Shown in pieces: positions 38,791 to 47,090 of a stretch of DNA of 64,000 bases (the stretch's first letter is position 1; each line of letters opens with the position of its first letter). The DNA is taken from NCBI GenBank assembly GCA_026397405.1, contig JAPLUW010000002.1, positions 40,214 to 104,213 of the forward strand. The letters are read 5' to 3'. This stretch comes from Candidatus Adlerbacteria bacterium (GTDB taxonomy: Bacteria; Patescibacteriota; Minisyncoccia; Phycocordibacterales; SBAW01). Position numbers and translations under genes: made by a program. A model generated the notes under the pieces. It saw only the letters and a program-made list of their open reading frames with translations, did not search any database and had not been told where the DNA came from.

Positions 38791-39495
38791 ATGACAGAGG
38801 TGACACAGAATATAAAAATTCCAGCCAGTTGGAAGGAACTTGTGTCGGCTGAATTTGAAAAACCGTATTTTAAAGAATTAACTGCAAAAGTAAAAAAAGA
38901 ATATTTGTCGAGTAGCGTATTTCCTCACCCATCTAAAATTTTCCGTGCATTCGACTACTTTGACCCCAAAGACACAAAAGTGGTTATTTTGGGCCAAGAT
39001 CCCTACCATACGCCTGGTGTTGCACACGGTCTTTCTTTTTCGACCGAAAGCACAAACCCAGTTCCTCCGTCGCTGCAAAATATTTTTAAAGAAATTGAAC
39101 TAGAGTATGGCATAAATTCCGCCAGAGGCGGATCCGCCTCTGGCGGAAAAAACCCTGACTTAACACGCTGGGCCAAGCAGGGCGTGTTACTGCTAAACGC
39201 GTCACTTACGGTAAAAGCAGGTCTTGCAAATTCGCATGCTGACTACGGCTGGCACTTGTTTACCGACGCGGTTATCAAAGCACTTTCTGAAAAACACGAA
39301 CATATTGTCTTTATGCTCTGGGGCGCATTTGCCGCCAAAAAAGAAATTGAAATAGACTCTACTCGGCACAATATATTAAAAGCCCCACATCCGTCCCCGC
39401 TTTCTGCCCATCGCGGCTTCTTGGGCTGCAACCACTTCAAACTTGCAAACGAGTATTTAAAACAACACGGACGTGGAGAAATTGACTGGAAATAG
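38791..39495 (+). CDS. ung: Uracil-DNA glycosylase, family 1
   Basis: GQDPYH, PPSLQNIF, GVLLLN, HPSPLS. Confidence 0.97.
   Translation: MTEVTQNIKIPASWKELVSAEFEKPYFKELTAKVKKEYLSSSVFPHPSKIFRAFDYFDPKDTKVVILGQDPYHTPGVAHGLSFSTESTNPVPPSLQNIFKEIELEYGINSARGGSASGGKNPDLTRWAKQGVLLLNASLTVKAGLANSHADYGWHLFTDAVIKALSEKHEHIVFMLWGAFAAKKEIEIDSTRHNILKAPHPSPLSAHRGFLGCNHFKLANEYLKQHGRGEIDWK
39117..39148. repeat. Perfect 32-bp palindrome, in frame in ung (SARGGSASGG)
   Basis: TTCCGCCAGAGGCGGATCCGCCTCTGGCGGAA equals its own reverse complement; each half is also a 6-bp hairpin. Confidence 0.9.
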
Positions 39496-39496
39496 A

Positions 39497-39799
39497 TTAT
39501 TTCTTTTTCGGTTTTGAAACTTTAAGAGCTCCTTCTTCCTCTAGTAGTTTTTGTTTGCGGAAAGCGCCGCCGCGGTTGTAGTCGCCCACTTTTCCGTCCG
39601 CACGTATCACCCGGTGGCAGGGCACTTTTTCATCAAAATTTTTAGACATAATATAGCCCACTGCACGTGCGGCGCCCGACTTGCCGGCTTTCTTTGCAAC
39701 CTCTCCGTAGGTCATGGTCTTGCCTTTTGGAATTTTGGAAACAACTGCACGGACTGCAATAGCAAATTTAGAAGAGGGTATTTGTTGTAGGGTTCTCAT
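39497..39799 (-). CDS. O6-alkylguanine DNA alkyltransferase (MGMT), C-terminal domain only
   Basis: IPKGKTMTYG, AARAVG, VPCHRV active-site motif. Confidence 0.9.
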   Translation of the reverse strand: MRTLQQIPSSKFAIAVRAVVSKIPKGKTMTYGEVAKKAGKSGAARAVGYIMSKNFDEKVPCHRVIRADGKVGDYNRGGAFRKQKLLEEEGALKVSKPKKK

Positions 39800-40655
39800 A
39801 CGAGGTTGCTACTTTCCCCGACGCTTTGGTCGGGACCCGAGCTTCTTCTAAAGCGTCAGGTTTACTTGTAATAGGTTGAGGACCAGTATTGGCTGATGCA
39901 AATTTTTGTAGCGCCCTTCCAACAGTTTCGCGGTAGGTACAGTAGTCACAGTTTTCGCCAGGACTTGGCAGTACGTCGCTATCCAAACATGCTTTTAACT
40001 TTAGTAACACCTCTTCAACCCAGTCGGTCGAACCTTTGTAGGGCACCAATGTCATTTCGAAGTCGAGCCGTGCATCAAACGAGTCACGGTTTTTGGTTGC
40101 ATTTGCATAAAACCAATACCCCATGTCTGACACTTTAAAACCGTTCATGCGCAGCAGCCATTGGTAAATTTCCAACTGTCGTTTGTACCCGCGGTGCCAG
40201 TCTTCGTCCAGGCTTTCAATCCGAGCGTCTTTGCTGGTTGCTTTGTAGTCGATAACAATAAGTTCACCTTGTGGGTTAATCCAAATGTCGTCAACACCTC
40301 CACGCACAGTTAAACCTGTTGCCGGATGTACATATTTAACGCCCTGGCTAAGTGCGTTACGCCACTCGTCCATCTTTTCGTGTTTGAGCGGTATTGCATC
40401 AAGCCCAAATTCTTTTGCGAGCGGATGTTGGCTCCCCTGTTCGCGATGTGCGTCTAGTTCTTTTTTAAGTAATGCGTCAACAGCGGAGTTGAGGTTAAAT
40501 GGGAAGCCTGGTGGGCGTGCGGTACCCAGTTTGTTGTCGATATAGAAACACCGCGCACACTCCATAAAGAGGTCGATTTTAGAACGTGACAGCGTCCACT
40601 TTGGGCCGCCGTAATTGTAGTCAGGGCGCCTGTTTGGTTTATAGAATGAGCTCAT
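39768..40655 (-). CDS. PD-(D/E)XK nuclease family protein (RecB/Cas4-like)
   Basis: LSRSKIDLF-CARC, GGVDD, IDYKAT, QLEIYQ, CDYC. Confidence 0.85.
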   Translation of the reverse strand: MSSFYKPNRRPDYNYGGPKWTLSRSKIDLFMECARCFYIDNKLGTARPPGFPFNLNSAVDALLKKELDAHREQGSQHPLAKEFGLDAIPLKHEKMDEWRNALSQGVKYVHPATGLTVRGGVDDIWINPQGELIVIDYKATSKDARIESLDEDWHRGYKRQLEIYQWLLRMNGFKVSDMGYWFYANATKNRDSFDARLDFEMTLVPYKGSTDWVEEVLLKLKACLDSDVLPSPGENCDYCTYRETVGRALQKFASANTGPQPITSKPDALEEARVPTKASGKVATSYENPTTNTLF

Positions 40656-40704
40656 AGGATAGAGTATGTCCTTTCGGATTTCACTATTCTACCGCACTTT
40701 CAAG

Positions 40705-41187
40705 TTATTTCACTTTTATTCCGTAGCGGGCGCGCAGCTTTCGTTCAACACGAGAGAAAAAGGTAAAGACAACAACAGACACAACTGTTGCAGTTATAGC
40801 CAAGACATAAAAGCCAAACCCGCAGGCCATACCTACGCCCGCAACAACCCAAATACCCGACGCTGTAGTCAACTCGATGGGCTGTTCTTTGTGCGCCATG
40901 GCTAAACCACTTCCTATAAAGCCTATTCCGATAATAACTGAACCTGCAAGTTGCAGCGGGTTAATCCCCGGGAATACGGAAAGCGCATAGGCTGAAAGAG
41001 TTCCCATTGTCACAAACAGCGCTGCACCAACAGAGACCATCGCATACGTCCGCATGCCCGCATGTTTACCTGCCATTGAACGCTCAAGACCCATACACAT
41101 TCCCAAAAGAGCCGCAACGATAAGCCGCCAGCTAAATAGTATTTCTAGACCGCCTATAGAGTTGCTCAAATGGGAGAAAAAGTTCAT
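40705..41187 (-). CDS. MgtC/SapB family membrane protein
   Basis: GLERS...AGMRTY, GIGFIGSG, LTTASGIW. Confidence 0.92.
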   Translation of the reverse strand: MNFFSHLSNSIGGLEILFSWRLIVAALLGMCMGLERSMAGKHAGMRTYAMVSVGAALFVTMGTLSAYALSVFPGINPLQLAGSVIIGIGFIGSGLAMAHKEQPIELTTASGIWVVAGVGMACGFGFYVLAITATVVSVVVFTFFSRVERKLRARYGIKVK

Positions 41188-41192
41188 GAGTG

Positions 41193-41861
41193 TTATTTAG
41201 TTTTGAACTGCATCAACAATGGGTTGCCGTCTGCATCACGCAATGCAGGGTCGTTTGTTGCTGAATACATATGGTCACCGTCGTCACGTGCCTCGCCTGC
41301 AAAATACATCTGGCCTGGCAGTGTTGCACGGAGTAATTCTACCGTACCGCTTGTGCGGCCGGGGACAAAGAGTGCTGCGCCCAAAATATTTCCCGGTTGT
41401 CCATTTGAGCTTTCGTACACAACAACCCAGGTTGGTACGGCCACTGCTGCGTGCGCGACAACAACCTGCAGCCCTGCATCTTGCGGTGTCATGATAGAAA
41501 GGCTACCGTCATTCAAACTCGCAGGCGTAGTCGGGACAGTACCTGTGTTTGTATTTGTAGTTCCTGGAGTGGTTGTGGCAGTAGTAGATACGGGTGTTTT
41601 TGTAGTGTCTCCGCTATTGCGCGATGCAACGAGCCAAATAATCCCAACAATTGCGAGCAATACAACTGCTATGGCAATGTTTCTTCCTGTGTTGTTTTGG
41701 GTAGGTGTTGGTTTGTGGTTAGTAACAACCGGTGGTTTGTTATTTTGATTTTGAGGCATCGGTGGCTTCTGTGTGTTGTTCTGTAAAGGTTGCGACCATG
41801 ACAGTTGTGTTTTCTGCTGTCCGTTTTTCTGTACATTCTGTCCACTGTTGTTTCCGTCCAT
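41193..41861 (-). CDS. Hypothetical single-pass membrane protein with Q/N/T-rich linkers
   Basis: Low-complexity N-terminus, one TM, Thr-rich linker, globular WVVVYE...GNILGA domain. Confidence 0.7.
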   Translation of the reverse strand: MDGNNSGQNVQKNGQQKTQLSWSQPLQNNTQKPPMPQNQNNKPPVVTNHKPTPTQNNTGRNIAIAVVLLAIVGIIWLVASRNSGDTTKTPVSTTATTTPGTTNTNTGTVPTTPASLNDGSLSIMTPQDAGLQVVVAHAAVAVPTWVVVYESSNGQPGNILGAALFVPGRTSGTVELLRATLPGQMYFAGEARDDGDHMYSATNDPALRDADGNPLLMQFKTK

Positions 41862-41897
41862 ACGCGTTTCAGTTAAAATAAGTAAATAGGCCCTCCT

Positions 41898-42728
41898 CTA
41901 TAATATATCTTTCCCTGGGGCGCACAATAGGGCGGCTTCGTGCAGCACGGCGTCTACTTGTTTACCACGCACCCCCACCCTTTCAAGAGCATTGGTGTCG
42001 TTTGCCAAGGCTTTGCAAAGGACGATTTTTTCAGCCAACAGTAAGGTTTTTTCGTGTTTTGTCAGGGTTGTTAGTGCGGTTATAGGGTACAGCCGCGCTG
42101 CTTCAATACGGTCATGCAAGTTTTGTTTATGTGGATATTCCCACGCAAGCAGGTCCAACCCTTCGCAGCTGGCATACTGCACTGCTTTGGAAGTAAATTT
42201 TGTGTTGGTGACGATAAGCCCGCGGATATCTTGTTTTGGGAGTGCGGCTCGTAGGTCGTCGATGCGTGCTTTTACATACAGCGTAGTTTTTAGATCTGTT
42301 TTAAATGCTGCAGTGTTGTGGAACTTTGCTTCAACGTAGGTCGTTATGTTTCCTTTTTTAATCACAACGTCTACTTCGTGTTCGACACAAGCACCTTGAA
42401 CAATTTGGTCTATCGACGCTTCATACCCTTCTGTGCGAAATAGTTCTGCCAAGTACGCTTCAAACGGGAAGCCTGACGGACCAAATTCAAGCAGGGCACG
42501 CTTTAGAGAGTAATGCGCGGCAGCTTCGTGTTTATGTTCTCGCAAATGTGCAAACGCACGACGATAGATTTCTTCCGTAGGGATACCGTCGTACAGTTCT
42601 TTTGTAATTTCATCGACAATAGTAACGGTCGCCTCTTCGCTTGCTCCTGCCTTATGCAGTGACATTCGCAATTTGAGTGGGTCAAAAGGCTCTAGCGTGC
42701 CGTCGGCTTTTGCAACATGTAGTGACAT
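41898..42728 (-). CDS. ATP-cone plus Mrr-like restriction endonuclease domain protein
   Basis: VAKADGTLEPFDPLKL ATP cone; FE..., EVDV, VEAKFH, VTNTKFT. Confidence 0.85.
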   Translation of the reverse strand: MSLHVAKADGTLEPFDPLKLRMSLHKAGASEEATVTIVDEITKELYDGIPTEEIYRRAFAHLREHKHEAAAHYSLKRALLEFGPSGFPFEAYLAELFRTEGYEASIDQIVQGACVEHEVDVVIKKGNITTYVEAKFHNTAAFKTDLKTTLYVKARIDDLRAALPKQDIRGLIVTNTKFTSKAVQYASCEGLDLLAWEYPHKQNLHDRIEAARLYPITALTTLTKHEKTLLLAEKIVLCKALANDTNALERVGVRGKQVDAVLHEAALLCAPGKDIL

Positions 42729-42735
42729 TATAAAA

Positions 42736-43200
42736 TTATTTTTTCTCCACGAGCGTGTAGGTAGCCGACGCTCCGTTGAGTGTCACACCGTCAAACACAG
42801 GCACCACCGTGTCTGTGTGTTCAAACGACACTGCAAATGTACTCGAAGAAGTTGTTGCCGTACCCGAACAAGGAGTAGCAGTCTCCTTTAGCGCTAACAC
42901 CGCCGTGATGTGTGCCGGGTGCTGCCCTGTTGCAGAAATACCGCTGGAAAGTACGCTGCAGCCTGCCTGTACTGTTAGTGCGCCGCCGTAGGTATCCACA
43001 CCTTTTGTTTTAGAATGCACTATTGTAAGCGGGAGTGTGGCAGCAATATATGCAGGAAGTTTAGTTGTTGTGTGTGTAGGTATCGCGGCAGTAGCCCCGG
43101 ATGTAGAAGATGTTTTTTGCAGTGCTGCAACTCCCCACCATCCAGCAAAAAGCATTAGGAGCATGACAACTAACACGAGCGCCGCCCTCTGTTTTCCCAT
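42736..43200 (-). CDS. Hypothetical exported protein
   Basis: N-terminal TM/signal, Thr/Ser-rich, two Cys; TATACT 6 nt before ATG. Confidence 0.65.
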   Translation of the reverse strand: MGKQRAALVLVVMLLMLFAGWWGVAALQKTSSTSGATAAIPTHTTTKLPAYIAATLPLTIVHSKTKGVDTYGGALTVQAGCSVLSSGISATGQHPAHITAVLALKETATPCSGTATTSSSTFAVSFEHTDTVVPVFDGVTLNGASATYTLVEKK

Positions 43201-43220
43201 ACGGCTAGTATACGCCCCAA

Positions 43221-44321
43221 TTAAGAAAGTAGTTCCGACTTGTTAACAATGCCTCCACCCAAACAGCGCAGCATACCCGCCTCTTCTGTATATAACACCA
43301 GCGACTGCCCTGCCGGCACGTAGTGTGGCTCCAAAAGAGTGATGTTGTTTTTGTTGGCAGCTATTTCTGCAGGCATACGTTTTTGTCGATAGCGAAACCG
43401 AGCCTGCGCGACAGAAGGCTGCGCGCCTCCTATCCAATTTGTTTCTGTAAGTTCAACTACTGTTTTTGTTGCGTGCTGTGGAAAGCGGTCGGTAGAAACC
43501 GTAATAGTATTTTTTGCAATATTTTTTGCAATAACAAAATGAGGCAGTGTTTCTTTTGTATGGGGAAATAGTGTAAACCCGTGTCTCTCACCAAGCGTGT
43601 ATAACACTGCGCCATCATGTGTGCCCACAACCTCGCCGCTTGCAGAAAGTACGTCTCCTTGTGTAGGAGTTAGTTCGCGCGCCAACATGTCTTCCATCGC
43701 AATGTCACCTAAAAAACAAAGTCCTTGGCTGTCACGTCGCGCAGCATTTGGCAAGCCAAACTTCTGGGCAAGCGCACGCACGTCTGGTTTTTGCATGCCA
43801 CCTACTGGAAACAGTGTATGTTTTAAAATATCTTCTTTAACCATCCATAAAAAATAGCTCTGGTCTTTGTTTTGGTCGGCGCTGGCGTACAACTTCCCTT
43901 CCTTTGTTTGTGCGTAGTGGCCGGTTGCAACATAGTCGGCACCGCGCGCACGGGCAAACGTATAAAATGCACCAAATTTTATCTCGCGGTTGCAGAGAGT
44001 GTCCGGGTTTGGTGTGTTACCTTTTTTAAATTCACCAAGTGAGTGCGCAAATACCTGCGCGCCATATTCTGCCGACAAGTCGATTTCTATAAACGGAATG
44101 CGCAGATGCGCAGCAACACGCATGGCCTGTATCTTGTCTTCCCCCGCAGAGCAGGCATACCCTGGCAGCGCAATACGTATAAACACGCCTGTTACGTCGT
44201 ATCCTGCACGCACCAAAAGCGCCGCAGACACGGCAGAGTCGACCCCACCAGAGAGCCCTACAAAGACTTTTTGTTTTTTCTTACCGAAGATATTTAGTTT
44301 GGTTCGCCAACTGTCCAGCAT
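43221..44321 (-). CDS. mnmA: tRNA 2-thiouridylase
   Basis: SGGVDS, TPNPDTLCN, ATGHYA, KDQSYFL, DSQGLCF. Confidence 0.96.
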   Translation of the reverse strand: MLDSWRTKLNIFGKKKQKVFVGLSGGVDSAVSAALLVRAGYDVTGVFIRIALPGYACSAGEDKIQAMRVAAHLRIPFIEIDLSAEYGAQVFAHSLGEFKKGNTPNPDTLCNREIKFGAFYTFARARGADYVATGHYAQTKEGKLYASADQNKDQSYFLWMVKEDILKHTLFPVGGMQKPDVRALAQKFGLPNAARRDSQGLCFLGDIAMEDMLARELTPTQGDVLSASGEVVGTHDGAVLYTLGERHGFTLFPHTKETLPHFVIAKNIAKNTITVSTDRFPQHATKTVVELTETNWIGGAQPSVAQARFRYRQKRMPAEIAANKNNITLLEPHYVPAGQSLVLYTEEAGMLRCLGGGIVNKSELLS

Positions 44322-45228
44322 AGGTTGCACTATAATGGAAAACACCGTTTTTGTCAGACAAGTAGTATAAAAATTTTGTATCTGTCGGTGTTACTGCAGC
44401 CAAAAGAGAGTCGACCCCAGGGTTTCCAATAGGGCCTGGTGGCAAGCCTTTATAGAGATACGTGTTATAAGGTGACTTGTTGGCAAGGTCGGCGCGGCTG
44501 ATGTCACCCGGTGCTTTGCCGGTGATATAGGAAAACACCGCGTCTACCTGCAACGGCATACCTATGCGCAAACGCTTCCACAAGATCCCCGCAATGATCC
44601 GGCGGTTTGCGGCATCAGGCGCCTCTTTTTCAAGCAGGGAGGCCATAGTAACAATACTTGCAAGAGGTTTCCCAAACGAAGCCACTTCATTTTGTAGAGA
44701 CGCTTCTTGTATGTGCTGGTTAAAATTTGTTTCAAACCTTTTTAACAGTGTGTCGGTATCTTCGCCAGGGTAGACAAAGTAGGTGTCGGGAAATAAATAC
44801 CCTTCTTTTTCTAATGCACGCTCAAGAAATGCGGCAGGGTTTACTCCTGGTACACGAGCCAGTAATGCTGCTATTTCTTTTGCGGTTGTGCCTTCAGGCA
44901 CAACGACACGTACCGGTTTTAAATTAAAGTCTCCTCGTACAATACGCGTTGCTACGGTAAAGACGCTTTGCCGTTCTGCAAAAAAATACTCCCCGGCAAC
45001 AACTCCCGTGTCTTTACCCCGCAGCCGCACAAGCACTTCAAACAGAGTTTTTGAATTAATAATCCTTGCTGTTTGTAAATTCTGCGCAACGTCGCCGAGC
45101 GTCTCCCCCGCCCCTACATGTACCAGTGTTGCCGTAGTAGACGTAAAGGGGCCAGAGCATATGAAAAATAGTAACCCCGCACACACTACTCCTGTCCCGG
45201 CTATACCTAGGGCAACACGTCTGTTCAT
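44281..45228 (-). CDS. mltG: Endolytic transglycosylase MltG
   Basis: EGYLFPDTY, ASLLEKE, LQVDA, SPYNTY...GLPPGPIGNPG. Confidence 0.95.
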   Translation of the reverse strand: MNRRVALGIAGTGVVCAGLLFFICSGPFTSTTATLVHVGAGETLGDVAQNLQTARIINSKTLFEVLVRLRGKDTGVVAGEYFFAERQSVFTVATRIVRGDFNLKPVRVVVPEGTTAKEIAALLARVPGVNPAAFLERALEKEGYLFPDTYFVYPGEDTDTLLKRFETNFNQHIQEASLQNEVASFGKPLASIVTMASLLEKEAPDAANRRIIAGILWKRLRIGMPLQVDAVFSYITGKAPGDISRADLANKSPYNTYLYKGLPPGPIGNPGVDSLLAAVTPTDTKFLYYLSDKNGVFHYSATYAGQLANQTKYLR

Positions 45229-45229
45229 A

Positions 45230-46582
45230 TTACTGTGGCAATACCGGCAAGTTTGAAGGAGCTCCAGCACTCTTAGACGGCACACGGTCGAGCCCTGGTG
45301 TTTTGACAGACGAGTTCGGGAAGTGCCACAGGGTTGCCAACTCTTCCACGTTTAAAAAAACAGGAACCTGGTCGTACGGCACATAGAAAAATGCACGGTG
45401 CCGGTAGTGAAAGAAAAGGAGCTTTTTAATAAAGTTTTCGCGTATATTTCTAAAGTCTTCCCACGGGAAGTCAAACGCAACCATGCCGCGGGTGCCGTTT
45501 AAACTATTAAAATTTTGTTTTTTAATAAATTCGAACAAGCGGTACATAAATGCACCGTTAATTCCTTCAAATTTTTCACGTTTAGAAATATACAGCGCAC
45601 GAATGCCACACTCATACAGATTTTTTGTCTGTGAGTGTTCTATCGCTTCTATTATCTTTTTTTCGCCGTCGGTCAACAAAGCGTTCATTTTGCCTTCAAC
45701 AACGTCTAACTCCTTCAACACCAACTGTGCACGCTTAGCAGCACCGGCCATAATTTCGCGGATCTTTGCATTCGCTGGATCTTTGTAGCTGTCAGCAGAG
45801 TTGTAGATGCCGTACCACTCTTCCTTATTGCGCGCTTTGATAATGTATTGCACCCACATGTACTGGTCCGGACCCATGTCGTTCATTATTTCCAGCATGT
45901 TAGTGAGGGGGTCGGCAGTAACTTCGGGTGTGTCAGTATTTTTGTCGAGCTCAAAGTCCACATACGTTTTAATAGGAAGTGCTCCTATACTGCCTTTTTT
46001 ATATTCGGCACCCCAAATGTCGTAGTCTGTTAAGTTAAAAGGAACTTTAGTAACGTAGTCGTCTACCTCCGTAATTTTGGCTTCAGGGTATTGGCCGTAA
46101 ATGCGTGCTTCAACCGCTGTCTGCCAAATTTTAAGCCCGTAAATATAAAAATTTATGCGTCCTTCGTTCGAGGCAATTTCGAGCGACCAGTTAGGGCGGA
46201 ACCCGCCTCCCCAAAACCGGTGCACAAAAGTTGTTTCGCTGCCGGTACTGTAAATAGACACGAGAAACAGCTCCATCGCTGACGGTGACTTTGTTACCTC
46301 TGCAGGGAGTTGGATTTGTAGCAATGTGCGCTTACGCGAAAACCAAAACTGGTAACGGACGTAGTGCATCCACGCCAGCCACAGTGCCGTCCCTAAAAAA
46401 AACGGTAACCACAGCGGCGAAAATGCGACAATCATAAAAAATGATGCGGAAATAACTGCAGGGTCAGTGATAGCCGCAAAGAATACCAACAACAAAAGGA
46501 AACCCGGCATAACAAGAGTGGGGTCAAACCTCCAACCCGACAGAAATTTTTCTACCTTGTGCGCAGCATCGTGCAACAACAT
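45230..46582 (-). CDS. Conserved hypothetical membrane-anchored protein resembling domains found with VirB4/coupling-like ATPases in CPR
   Basis: LLQIQLP...KSPSAME, WSLEIAS, YGQYPEAKI, LPIKTY, EELATLWHFP motifs. Confidence 0.6.
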   Translation of the reverse strand: MLLHDAAHKVEKFLSGWRFDPTLVMPGFLLLLVFFAAITDPAVISASFFMIVAFSPLWLPFFLGTALWLAWMHYVRYQFWFSRKRTLLQIQLPAEVTKSPSAMELFLVSIYSTGSETTFVHRFWGGGFRPNWSLEIASNEGRINFYIYGLKIWQTAVEARIYGQYPEAKITEVDDYVTKVPFNLTDYDIWGAEYKKGSIGALPIKTYVDFELDKNTDTPEVTADPLTNMLEIMNDMGPDQYMWVQYIIKARNKEEWYGIYNSADSYKDPANAKIREIMAGAAKRAQLVLKELDVVEGKMNALLTDGEKKIIEAIEHSQTKNLYECGIRALYISKREKFEGINGAFMYRLFEFIKKQNFNSLNGTRGMVAFDFPWEDFRNIRENFIKKLLFFHYRHRAFFYVPYDQVPVFLNVEELATLWHFPNSSVKTPGLDRVPSKSAGAPSNLPVLPQ

Positions 46583-46616
46583 ACGTGATATAGTATACAG
46601 CACAGAAACATTTGCC

Positions 46617-46985
46617 ATGGAACAATTTTGGAACAATGTCCTTGCCGTTCCTTTTTACTACGTAGAAGTGTTGCTTGCGGGCCTTGCCGCAATTTCTTTT
46701 TTGGTATTTTTGCGCGGATTCCTTGGCGGTATTGGTAACGTCTTTACCATGAACGGGCACGACGAACATTTGCTGCATGCCCGCACACGCTCTGTCTGGG
46801 GTGTGCTGTTGCTCGCGTTCCTTTTTGTACTGTGGGAAATTTTGCGTATGGTTGCGTCGTGGCTCGGGGGCCCTATGGGCGACACCACACTTGGCATGTG
46901 GTTTGTAATTGCTATAGCCGCAACCTGGCTCTTCCTTTTTATAAAAAAGAAGCTATTTTCTGGCGGAGGTGGTGGAGGACATTAA
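46617..46985 (+). CDS. Small membrane protein with TrbC/VirB2 pilin-like helix-loop-helix pattern
   Basis: Hydrophobic helix, G-x-D-E loop, AR-x-R-x-x-WG, second helix, plus an extra TM. Confidence 0.5.
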   Translation: MEQFWNNVLAVPFYYVEVLLAGLAAISFLVFLRGFLGGIGNVFTMNGHDEHLLHARTRSVWGVLLLAFLFVLWEILRMVASWLGGPMGDTTLGMWFVIAIAATWLFLFIKKKLFSGGGGGGH

Positions 46986-47090
46986 TAGAAGTCGGCCTTA
47001 GCCGAAGGAAATACTCGGTTGCGGAGCAGAGCAAAGCGACAGGGCGCAGAGAGTGTTTGCGTAGGCTTCAGCTGCTTAGCTAGCTTTTGA

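Noticed and set aside
39768-40655. Possible Cas4/CRISPR locus
   Set aside because: No repeat-spacer array or other cas genes in the window
46959-46980. tctggcgga near the end of the pilin-like gene as a third palindromic element copy
   Set aside because: Only a 9-nt partial match within a Gly run, with no complementary arm
46990-47090. Possible tRNA or SRP RNA
   Set aside because: No TTCGA T-loop, cloverleaf or SRP domain IV consensus
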